In this document: positions 38,081-46,592 of the stretch, in pieces
How positions within the stretch are numbered: position 1 is the stretch's first letter
How the letters are laid out: each line of letters opens with the position of its first letter
Assembly: GCA_964643545.1 (NCBI GenBank)
Contig: CAZXTE010000003.1
Span: 52,463 to 116,462 of the forward strand
Length of the DNA stretch: 64,000 nucleotides
Reading direction: 5' to 3'
DNA from: an uncultured Candidatus Saccharibacteria bacterium
GTDB taxonomy: Bacteria; Patescibacteriota; Saccharimonadia; Saccharimonadales; AWTP1-31
Notes under the pieces: model-generated
Seen by the model: the letters and a program-made list of their open reading frames with translations, nothing else
Database searches by the model: none
Told to the model about the DNA's origin: nothing
Made by a program: the position numbers and the translations under genes

Positions 38081-39430
38081 TTAGACCACTTTTCGAGACT
38101 GATGACCAATGTCTTTTCTGTATTGCATACCATCAAAGTGAACCCCACCGTTTGCTTGGCCAATTGCTGCGTATGCATTAGCTGCTGCAGTATCAGTGTC
38201 TTGTCCAAATCCTGTCAAATACAGCACGCGTCCGCCCGCAGTTACGTATCTATCCCCGTTTTTACCAACACCTGCGTAGTGGACAACGGCATCTGTATAA
38301 TCGTTGTCTAGGCCAAATATCTCGTCCCCTTTTCTTGGGTTGTCTGGGTACCCCGTGGCAGCCAAGCAAACGGATAAAGCAGCACTGCTAAGTACTTTTG
38401 AGTCAGGAATCGCATAGTCCTCTGGCCGAAGACTGCCGTCTGCGGCAGAACGAAATAGATCGTATGCATCAACGCTTGCCCGGCCAAGCAAAGGGATGAC
38501 CGGCTGGGCTTCCGGATCACCAAAGCGGATGTTGTACTCAATTAAGGCCGGGTCATCTGCCTCAAATCCTGGTACTTCACCAGCTTCTTCGGCCAGCATG
38601 TAGCTGAAGTACAGAAGGCCTTTTGCGTTGAGGCCTCGTTTGTTCAGCCCATTGTATGTTCTATCGATCGACTCGTATATTTTTTTGTATTGTCTCGGGG
38701 TAAGATTCATATATGGAGCATAGGCACCCATGCCACCAGTGTTCGGTCCTTCGTCCCCATCAAGTAGTCGCTTGTGGTCTTGTGAAAAGAAGGGAATAAC
38801 ATAATAGTTTTTGCCGTCGCTTACTGCAAAAACTGATACTTCTGGGCCATGCCATCGATCTTGCACCTGAAAGCGTTCTTGCCCAGCTCCACCAAATAGC
38901 TTACCAGAAAGCATGCCATGCATAATTTCTTCTGCCTCTTGTTGATCATGCGGCAGCACAACACCCTTACCTTGGGCGGGCTTGTCTGCTTTTAGAACGT
39001 AGCTTTTTGGATCGCGATTTGCTGTGGCTGCAATCGCCTCGTCCCAAGTAGTTACCACCCTTGAAGGTGGTCGCAAAATACCGAATTCTTCCATAAACTT
39101 GTCGGCTTCAACTTTGCTGCCTTCCAGGAAGGCTGTCTCTTGCCGAATGCCGAGTACCCGCTTGCGAAAACCGGCAGCATCGAGCTCATCCGCGAGCCCG
39201 GCTATGAGCGGTGCTTCGGGCCCCACAAAGACAAGATCTGGGTCGAGCGCAGTAATTGCGCCAACTAGATTCTTTTCATTAATATTGAAGCCACCCGGTA
39301 TAGCTACACCATCAGTCCCTGCATTACCGGGCAGAAACGCAATTTCTGAAACACTCTGTGAAGCTGCAAGGGCCTCTCCAACTACAAATTCACGCCCACC
39401 TCCACCAACTACAGCTGCAATACCCGACAT
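38081..39430 (-). CDS. purD: Phosphoribosylamine-glycine ligase
   Basis: GGAGG SD before ATG 39430. VVGGGGREF, ATP-grasp core and C-terminal GGRVL... are typical of PurD. Confidence 0.88.
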   Translation of the reverse strand: MSGIAAVVGGGGREFVVGEALAASQSVSEIAFLPGNAGTDGVAIPGGFNINEKNLVGAITALDPDLVFVGPEAPLIAGLADELDAAGFRKRVLGIRQETAFLEGSKVEADKFMEEFGILRPPSRVVTTWDEAIAATANRDPKSYVLKADKPAQGKGVVLPHDQQEAEEIMHGMLSGKLFGGAGQERFQVQDRWHGPEVSVFAVSDGKNYYVIPFFSQDHKRLLDGDEGPNTGGMGAYAPYMNLTPRQYKKIYESIDRTYNGLNKRGLNAKGLLYFSYMLAEEAGEVPGFEADDPALIEYNIRFGDPEAQPVIPLLGRASVDAYDLFRSAADGSLRPEDYAIPDSKVLSSAALSVCLAATGYPDNPRKGDEIFGLDNDYTDAVVHYAGVGKNGDRYVTAGGRVLYLTGFGQDTDTAAANAYAAIGQANGGVHFDGMQYRKDIGHQSRKVV

Positions 39431-39490
39431 CTTTCTACCTCCATTTATGCAGTAATTCTGCCTGCAGTTACGTATATTAGCAAGCATAAG

Positions 39491-39522
39491 TAAAAAGAAA
39501 AGTCGCCTACATTCAGGCGACT
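39491..39522 (-). terminator. Rho-independent terminator after the 39547.. gene
   Basis: On the minus strand: AGTCGCCT-GAATGT-AGGCGACT followed by TTTCTTTTT. Confidence 0.7.
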
Positions 39523-39546
39523 TTTCTGGCCAACTCACACCTCCGT

Positions 39547-40035
39547 TTAGTCTGTGTGCGGGCCGCCTTCGCCACGCATCTTGCCGTGGTGCCCAGGGCC
39601 TCCCGTGGGTCGAGCAATCTCTTCTGGGATTTTATTGTCACTCAACCATTTTTGAAACTCATCCATCTTTGCCTTGTGGGCATCTCGTTCTGCCTGCGTT
39701 GCTTGTTTTAGCTCCTTCCGATCGGCTTGTAGCTCCTTAAGTTTCGCGATTAACTTGTCCTCTTGTTCTTGTGTAATCTTCTTGTCTTTGACAGCCTGAT
39801 CCAATCGCTCCTTTATCTTCTGTTCTCGAGCTGCCGCGTGTTCTTGTCGATTCTCATCGATCACTTTCTGAACATCGCTCTTGTTCAAGTTGAACTTCGA
39901 GACAAGCTTATCGACCAGTGTATCTGGTGGGTTGCTAGTCGTTGCCGCTGAAGCAAAACCCATGCTCAGCACACTTGCCGCGCCAATTGACGTTATTGCA
40001 CCACCAATGAGCAGTGTTCGCTTTAATGCTTTAAT
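39547..40035 (-). CDS. Secreted coiled-coil protein; probable non-canonical AUU start (conservative GTG start at 39972)
   Basis: In-frame upstream extension (I)KALKRTLLIGGAITSIGAASVLSMGFASA/ATT gives a complete signal peptide. AAGGAGG lies 5 nt before ATT 40035. There is no ATG, GTG or TTG between the upstream TAG and 39972. Confidence 0.6.
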   Translation of the reverse strand: MKALKRTLLIGGAITSIGAASVLSMGFASAATTSNPPDTLVDKLVSKFNLNKSDVQKVIDENRQEHAAAREQKIKERLDQAVKDKKITQEQEDKLIAKLKELQADRKELKQATQAERDAHKAKMDEFQKWLSDNKIPEEIARPTGGPGHHGKMRGEGGPHTD

Positions 40036-40165
40036 GTGAACCTCCTTTGTTATTGTTTGTCGCTATCCTATGCGATAACAAGCATTAGACTATGCTGCCA
40101 ATATGAAAAAATGCTGAGAAAATAGAAAAGAGACACAGGAATGTGCCTCTTTTGGTTGCGGAATA

Positions 40166-40243
40166 TGGGGCGAGCTATGGGGATCGAACCCACGACCTTC
40201 GGAACCACAACCCGACGCTCTAACCAACTGAGCTAAGCTCGCC
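40166..40243 (-). tRNA. tRNA-His (anticodon GUG) with encoded G-1 and CCA
   Basis: Reverse complement G-GCGAGCT...TCGGG-TTGTGGT-TCCGA...AGCTCGC-C-CCA. Confidence 0.92.
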
Positions 40244-40310
40244 AAACAGAGGTGATTATACCGCAGTTGCAAAACAATAACAACATGTCAAAATATGTTA
40301 TAATAAGCGT

Positions 40311-41087
40311 ATGAGCAGGCCAAAAGTTGAACTACCTAATTATGTGGAAGTCTATAAGTATTATCGTGAACGGGATCCGAACCCACGTGTTGCACGTGCT
40401 GCGCATTATTTAGTTTCAAAAAAACTAAAACCGCATGTTGCTTTTGCTCCTGGCGCCCAAGAACAAATTGTCGATCATCTTAAAAACGGCAAGAAGCTAC
40501 TAACTGCGACCAATCATGTGCATGCACTTGATCCATTTCATATTGCATCTGCAATGCAAACAGAACATGTCTTTGCTCCAATGATCGCACGGACGGTAAT
40601 CGCAGCGCGTCCGGATTTGTTTAGCGCAGGACTAAATAATGGTCTTGGTCTTGGTCGTAGAGCCCTTGATGGTGTCGGTGGCTTTCCCGCCTTCAGATCA
40701 AAGGACCTTGGCGAAGATGCAGACGAGACAGAAAGGCTCCTACAACATGGTGCGGCAGATGCAATGATTGATACCGCAGTCGCAAAGGTTGATCGTGGCT
40801 TTAATCTCACTATGTTTGGCGAAGGAGAACGCAATAAAGTTGATCCAAAAGTGGTGCGACCCATTCTTCGAGGTATAGGTATTATTTTTTCTGAAGTACA
40901 ACAGGCTCAAGGTTTGGCGATGTTGCCAGGAGGTCTTTACTATCCACCAGGAGGTACTTCCTACGATCCAGTATTATACATCGGTCGCCCCATGCTAGAA
41001 GGCGCAAAAGACCCGACTGAGGTAAGGGGAGAAGCACATAGTGCAATACAGCATGCTGTGGATCAGGCTGTCCAAATAGCCGCATAA
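40311..41087 (+). CDS. Lysophospholipid (1-acyl-sn-glycerol-3-phosphate) acyltransferase family protein
   Basis: H(X4)D motif NHVHALD and FGEGERN block. Confidence 0.75.
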   Translation: MSRPKVELPNYVEVYKYYRERDPNPRVARAAHYLVSKKLKPHVAFAPGAQEQIVDHLKNGKKLLTATNHVHALDPFHIASAMQTEHVFAPMIARTVIAARPDLFSAGLNNGLGLGRRALDGVGGFPAFRSKDLGEDADETERLLQHGAADAMIDTAVAKVDRGFNLTMFGEGERNKVDPKVVRPILRGIGIIFSEVQQAQGLAMLPGGLYYPPGGTSYDPVLYIGRPMLEGAKDPTEVRGEAHSAIQHAVDQAVQIAA

Positions 41088-41095
41088 CTATATAT

Positions 41096-41611
41096 CTATA
41101 GTGATCTTGAGTCGTAAGCCCAGTGTAACAATGCCTGGCGTTGTCTAGGACGACAAGACAAGTCTCCAGGCAGGCAGGCCTTCTGAATTTGGCTAGCGTG
41201 TCGTTTTATATCAATCCAGCGTTTAATCTGGCGGTCATCTTCTTCGGGAATGCGCCGACCCATATAGTAGCGACAATACCAAAGAAACCAACCCTTTGGG
41301 TCTTCTTCGTAAATCCATCCCTTTTTCTTCCATATGGCTAACGGCTGGCTAGCATTAACTCCGAAAAAGTTCAGCCGTTTATCAGCGCCGCTTTTTGAAA
41401 GTTGCACACCTTCAAACCAGTTAGCAGGGAATTCGGATGGAACCTCATTGAAGTAATCTCCTCCGAAGACGCCCAGCTTGAGCATTTGCTCTGGGCTGAG
41501 TTGTGGCTTAAAGTCACTGCGAAAGTTTTCTCCTTGTGCTTCAACAAGGGTGTACTCATAGCCCTGTTGGTATTGTTCGTTAACGACAATGTGTCTAGTG
41601 CTCTTGCCCAT
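41096..41611 (-). CDS. Conserved hypothetical protein (171 aa)
   Basis: Clean ORF with a conserved-looking core (GWFLWYCRYYMGRR...IKRW). Family not recognised with certainty. Confidence 0.65.
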   Translation of the reverse strand: MGKSTRHIVVNEQYQQGYEYTLVEAQGENFRSDFKPQLSPEQMLKLGVFGGDYFNEVPSEFPANWFEGVQLSKSGADKRLNFFGVNASQPLAIWKKKGWIYEEDPKGWFLWYCRYYMGRRIPEEDDRQIKRWIDIKRHASQIQKACLPGDLSCRPRQRQALLHWAYDSRSL

Positions 41612-41673
41612 ACTTCATACCCATCATACCAAAGAAAAAGACTCCTTAAAGAAGTCTTGACACGAAACCGGCA

Positions 41674-41750
41674 TGGTACCCCGGGAGGGACTCGAACCCC
41701 CAACCTAATGGTTAGAACCCACTTGCTCTATCCAATTGAGCTACCGGGGC
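41674..41750 (-). tRNA. tRNA-Arg (anticodon UCU), CCA encoded
   Basis: Reverse complement GCCCCGG...AGTGG-GTTCTAA-CCATT...TTCGAGT...CCGGGGT-A-CCA. Confidence 0.9.
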
Positions 41751-41836
41751 ATACCAAGATTATACAGTACACTACCCCTTGTGAGTTGCAAAAATATTCT
41801 ACGAGGTTCATACTTCCGTAAAAGAACATAAGCAAT

Positions 41837-43216
41837 ATGGCACAAGAAGAAACACCAGAGTTCCCTACGCAGAGCAACCCGCAAGGTAATCCGGGCGAGA
41901 CGCTTCCTGTAGTGTCTTCAAAAGAAGAGCAGGATCTGCAAGACGTGTCTCAGCATATCAACGATCCCCAAGATGGAACGCAGCCTACCGAACCAAGTGC
42001 GGGAGCCAGTAAACAAAAAAAGCCTCGTAGTAAGAAAAAGATACTGCTCATCACTTCATTCCTCGTGTTATTGATTGTCGTTGGGCTTGTACTTGTGTTG
42101 GTTCTTGGCAAAAAAACAAAAACCAACCCCAGTGCTAACGATACGATATCTGGGCAGCCATCTGGTGGTGCGAGTGGGCAAGTGCAGAAGAGCTACCAGC
42201 CAAATACGGTTGCCTATGCGTTCAAGGTGACCAGTACAGACCCACTATCGGCCTTTTGGCGTCCCGCAGCCGGCGGCAACAGAACAGAAGTTCAGAAATT
42301 GCCAAAAGAATACTTCCCCGCAAACAAAGACACTACGGGTACGAAGGTTGTGTTTAGTGACGACAAAACAGTCTACGCAAGCACGGACGCAGGTAAAAGC
42401 TACAAGAAAGTGTACGAGACCACTGGCGGGGAGATGATAACAAGCATAAAGCTGTCTAGTACGGGCGCAAAAATTGCGGTCAGTACAGTAGCGGCAAACT
42501 ACACCTCTGGCGCAAAAGTAACCGTTATGGACATGGATGGTGGCAACAAAACAGACACAGTTTCCATAAAAGAATTCGCGATATACATAATTGGCTGGAA
42601 CGACAAGCAGACTATCTATGCCGAAGGGTGCTATGGCTGTGACGGAGGCCGAAAAGCCTATAAGGTATACGATCAAAAAACCAAAGAATCAAAAGATTTG
42701 TTGCCTGGTGTTGATGTACGGACAATCGAGTCTGGTATGGCTGTCTCGGAAGACTTCACAAAGATGGTGTACGTACAGTCAACGGTTGACCCGAATATTA
42801 AGGACGCTGGTCCTCCCGGGTACCATGCCGCTGCACCGTACGAGGTGCTGCTTGTAGATCTCGCGACAGGAAAATCGGTCAAGTTGGCAACGGTTGGTTC
42901 GAAGGGCGAAAAGAATACCAACGACACCTACAAATACCGCCAGTTCTCTGTTGGCTTTGTTGCAGGAACGGACACGGCATACTACGCTGAAGGGACCACG
43001 CTCTACACAGCACCAAACAATAAGCTGAGCCTCTTATACACCGCCGACAAGCCCATTCTGTCTGTCTCTCATGTGGGCAGTAAGTCCGTCATTTTGTCGA
43101 CAGGTTTTGATACAAACGACTTTACACTCAGTAACTACAACTTAGCTGATAAAAAAGCCGTGGCAATCTTTCAAGGTGATAATAATACGGTAATCTTTGG
43201 GGTTACAACACAGTAA
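41837..43216 (+). CDS. Membrane-anchored extracellular protein, beta-propeller-like
   Basis: Disordered N-terminus, one TM helix (LLITSFLVLLIVVGLVLVLVLG), then repetitive beta-strand-rich sequence. Confidence 0.65.
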   Translation: MAQEETPEFPTQSNPQGNPGETLPVVSSKEEQDLQDVSQHINDPQDGTQPTEPSAGASKQKKPRSKKKILLITSFLVLLIVVGLVLVLVLGKKTKTNPSANDTISGQPSGGASGQVQKSYQPNTVAYAFKVTSTDPLSAFWRPAAGGNRTEVQKLPKEYFPANKDTTGTKVVFSDDKTVYASTDAGKSYKKVYETTGGEMITSIKLSSTGAKIAVSTVAANYTSGAKVTVMDMDGGNKTDTVSIKEFAIYIIGWNDKQTIYAEGCYGCDGGRKAYKVYDQKTKESKDLLPGVDVRTIESGMAVSEDFTKMVYVQSTVDPNIKDAGPPGYHAAAPYEVLLVDLATGKSVKLATVGSKGEKNTNDTYKYRQFSVGFVAGTDTAYYAEGTTLYTAPNNKLSLLYTADKPILSVSHVGSKSVILSTGFDTNDFTLSNYNLADKKAVAIFQGDNNTVIFGVTTQ

Positions 43217-43220
43217 GTAT

Positions 43221-43295
43221 TGGTGCGGGATACCAGAGTCGAACTGGTCTCCTCAGTTTGGAAAACTGATATATTAACCGATATACGAATCCCGC
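43221..43295 (-). tRNA. tRNA-Gly (anticodon UCC), CCA encoded
   Basis: Reverse complement GCGGGAT...TCAGT-TTTCCAA-ACTGA...TTCGACT...ATCCCGC-A-CCA. Confidence 0.9.
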
Positions 43296-43412
43296 TCGAA
43301 CAGGGGTCATTATATCACGGGTACGCCAAGATCTATAACGGCATAGTTTGTTTAGGACAGGTACCACGAGGGCTCTTAAAGAGCCATCCCGTGGTAACGG
43401 AGGACTGCTGTC

Positions 43413-46400
43413 TTATCTTTGACTTTTTTTACGGGGTGCCAAAGTTACTGCTAAGGCTAGTGTAGAACCGACAAACAGGAGTGCGGCCGCAATAGTTGGG
43501 TAGGCTTGCCCCGTTACTACGAGCGGCGGTGTACTTGTTGTTTCTCCAAGGACCTGTGGAATGCTTAGACTGTGGCTGTCCTGGTTGCAGGCTTGCACGC
43601 CCTTACTGTTGTTGATAGCAAGGAAACGGACGCCATCTACTGCAGCCTCTTCCTCGTTGTATTGTGCTGCATCGTAGCCACATGCTGTCACCGTGTTTAC
43701 AACGTCTGCTTTCTGGGATGACGGTATGACATAGTCTGCCGTGTAAACCCAGGTCTCGGCAAGGTCGAGTTTGTCATCGAGGTCTGTGTCACCGGAAACG
43801 TACGTGCCACTTCCTGTGAGTGAGTCAACAACAGTTAAGCTATTGAGAGCAACATCTCCAGTATTGGTGACGGTAAAGGTGTAGGTGACTGTAGAGCCAG
43901 CAGAGGCGGTGCTTGGGCCAGTCTTAACTACATTGATCGAAGGGTGGAGCACATCAAGAGTATGCTCGTCGGTTGCAGTTACTGTGGTTTCTGATGATGA
44001 GTCGGTCCCGCTTGCCACAACGTGATTGACAACATCTGCAACTTGCGGCGAAGGAATGGTGTAGCTGGCAGTGCACCAAGTAGACTCACCAACAGATAGT
44101 GTTGTTTTATTGCAGGTTTCTCCGGTAGCGATGTCATCGGCGATGCCTACATTATCGAGGTCTGTGTCACCGGTATTTGTAACCTGAAAATTGTAGGTTA
44201 CAGTGTCACCCTCGTGTGCTGTACTTGGGCCGTACTTAACTACGTTGATCGAAGGGTGGGGGATATCGTCGTTTGTAACGATACATGTCTTAGTTTCACC
44301 AACGGCTATTGTGCCGCTACAGTCTGGGCTAAGAGACATGGCGTAGCCACTATCGGCAAGTTCTCCAACAGTATAGCTACCTTCATTTAGGCCAATAGTT
44401 ACACCATCCTCGTTCCCGGCAAAGTTCGCTACTGTGGCTGTATTGCCACTGACTGTCATAGTAAAGTCACTGGGCTGTTTGCCTCCGCTGTTGTTGTTGA
44501 CCACAACTTTTTTGACTATGAGCTTGGGCTGAACTGCTGTGTTTGTAAGAGTACATGTTGCGTCATCAGCAAGACCCAATAGGACGCTAATAATGTCGTT
44601 ATTCATCGTACAGTCGCCAGAGACACCAGTAAAGATGTACCCGCTTTGAGATGTTTCGCTGACCGTATGAGCCCCCGCGTTGAACTGTGTTTTTACACCG
44701 CTGACAATGGGCGTGCCATCAACAAATAGCGGAAATGATGATGCTGCACGTGGAGGGCCGTAAGGGTTTACGACTACTTTTGTAACTGTCAATTTTGGTG
44801 CAATATCGTCATTGGTAATGGTGCAGACAACATTCTGGTTGTTAGCAAGTACAACAGGGTTGGCAACGACCTGTAGGTTAGCTTGATCAACACACTTGAG
44901 CTCGGTCTGAGTATAGCCGGCTTTTGCGTCTTCACTAATGAGGTATGTATTTGTCGGCAGTGTATATGTTGTCCCAGATGCTGAACCTACTGCAGGGCTA
45001 CCAGATACATCCACTCCTGATTGTTTGACGCGTAAGGTAAAGTCACTTGCTTGTGCTGTGCCGCCGTTGTTGTTCACCACGTTTTTGACAACCTTTAGTG
45101 TGCCCGTGTTCCGTGCGTTACATAGGGTGATCTGGCGTACTTGATTGCTTGTGACCGTCAGTGCAACCGGCAAAGACGTACCTTGCGGATTTGAACATGA
45201 ATAGTCAGTATTTGAGGTCGTGTACCATCCAGTAAAGTGGTAGCCACTTACGTTGTTCTCGCCAATCATATGACTGCCAGTGCTCACTTCTGAAACAGTG
45301 CTACCCATAGAGTTTGACCCACTGCCATCGATGCTCCATGTGAACCCGAGCCCATTCGCTACGGCATTGTCGCCGTCGTAGGTACCATTGCCATCAGTAT
45401 CTACTTTTTTATTAACTTTAATTGAACCCTTGCTGGGCGTATTGACGAATATACATGAAACGATATTTTCGTTGGCAACGGTAATGCCTATCACGCTACT
45501 TCCTTGCAGCGAGCCATTAACGGATGCGCCCGTACAGCTTGCAGAGACAAGCTGATATCCGTTCTGGGCAACCTCGTTAACACTATACGTTCCAGCATCA
45601 ACTTTGACGGCGACAGTTTGTCCATTGGCGCCAGTTACAGTTGCGGCAGGATTGCTTGGTGAGCCATTAATATCGAAAGACCAGCCTTGACCTGGCGTTT
45701 GATCATTCACCGTATTGAGGTTGCCGTCTTGATCGATGATCTTCTGTGTCGTGATCGTGCCACCACAAGTTTGTCTTGCAAACGTGGCAAGCTCTGCAGC
45801 TAGATTTGAGAAATCGGTTGTAATGACGTCAGAAGTCAGCACATTGCCCGTGTTAACATTTGGGCCAGAAATAGCCTGCAATCTTGAGACGGTTGGGCTG
45901 CCGATGCCTAGGGCAAGTATTCGGCTCCCACCTGTTTTGATGCTGTCAGCTACAGTTACGGCAGGGGCAAGATGTACGTTTGGCTGAGATGTATCATCGG
46001 GGCCAGCGCTACTGGCGGTAGGATCACCGTCAGAAGCAAACAGAACGAGATTTGGGTTAGTTCGATTTGGTAGCGTGCTCGCAGCTTTTGTCAGGCCATC
46101 TTGCCAGTTCGTATAACCGCCACCGACGGGGACGCCATTAATTGCAGTATTAACGTTCGCGATGTTGCTTGTAAAAGGCTGTATGACAGATGCCGAAGAG
46201 GCGAAACGAGTAACCGAAAACTGCGTTGGTGTTCCGGCGAGCGCATTTGTAAACGTAGTCATGGCAGTTTTCATCTGTCCCATCTCCGAACTGCTAATAC
46301 TGGTCGAGTTGTCTATAACAATAGCGATGTCTAGACCGCATGACTGTGGCAAGCTGGGGTTTGCCACGGGCTGTACGACGGCCGCTTGAGCAGCGACAGG

Positions 46401-46508
46401 TTGTGTCAGCAGAACAAATGCAGAAACAGGGCCAGCAACCTGTATTGCACTAAATAGTGTGGCTACAAATCCATTTGTAAGCCGTTTAATAATTTGATGG
46501 GTTGCCAT
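43413..46508 (-). CDS. 1031-aa surface protein: vWA domain, multiple prealbumin/SpaA-like fold domains, two DUF11 repeats, C-terminal sorting signal
   Basis: Signal peptide, MIDAS motif DNSTSIS, repeated KL.V.K.VVN...SDF modules, two HPSINVVK.GPST...VTNTGD repeats, and a terminal LVVTGQ plus TM plus PRKKSQR. Confidence 0.85.
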   Translation of the reverse strand: MATHQIIKRLTNGFVATLFSAIQVAGPVSAFVLLTQPVAAQAAVVQPVANPSLPQSCGLDIAIVIDNSTSISSSEMGQMKTAMTTFTNALAGTPTQFSVTRFASSASVIQPFTSNIANVNTAINGVPVGGGYTNWQDGLTKAASTLPNRTNPNLVLFASDGDPTASSAGPDDTSQPNVHLAPAVTVADSIKTGGSRILALGIGSPTVSRLQAISGPNVNTGNVLTSDVITTDFSNLAAELATFARQTCGGTITTQKIIDQDGNLNTVNDQTPGQGWSFDINGSPSNPAATVTGANGQTVAVKVDAGTYSVNEVAQNGYQLVSASCTGASVNGSLQGSSVIGITVANENIVSCIFVNTPSKGSIKVNKKVDTDGNGTYDGDNAVANGLGFTWSIDGSGSNSMGSTVSEVSTGSHMIGENNVSGYHFTGWYTTSNTDYSCSNPQGTSLPVALTVTSNQVRQITLCNARNTGTLKVVKNVVNNNGGTAQASDFTLRVKQSGVDVSGSPAVGSASGTTYTLPTNTYLISEDAKAGYTQTELKCVDQANLQVVANPVVLANNQNVVCTITNDDIAPKLTVTKVVVNPYGPPRAASSFPLFVDGTPIVSGVKTQFNAGAHTVSETSQSGYIFTGVSGDCTMNNDIISVLLGLADDATCTLTNTAVQPKLIVKKVVVNNNSGGKQPSDFTMTVSGNTATVANFAGNEDGVTIGLNEGSYTVGELADSGYAMSLSPDCSGTIAVGETKTCIVTNDDIPHPSINVVKYGPSTAHEGDTVTYNFQVTNTGDTDLDNVGIADDIATGETCNKTTLSVGESTWCTASYTIPSPQVADVVNHVVASGTDSSSETTVTATDEHTLDVLHPSINVVKTGPSTASAGSTVTYTFTVTNTGDVALNSLTVVDSLTGSGTYVSGDTDLDDKLDLAETWVYTADYVIPSSQKADVVNTVTACGYDAAQYNEEEAAVDGVRFLAINNSKGVQACNQDSHSLSIPQVLGETTSTPPLVVTGQAYPTIAAALLFVGSTLALAVTLAPRKKSQR

Positions 46509-46592
46509 ACATTCCTCCTCGTTAGTAAGAACTCTTCATAATCAAATATCCCACTTAGTTGATTAGAATGCAAGTAGTATGTATGCTTGTGC

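Noticed and set aside
43220-43465. 81-aa plus-strand ORF
   Set aside because: It overlaps the tRNA-Gly gene (antisense) and the 3' end of the 1031-aa gene, so it is an artefact.
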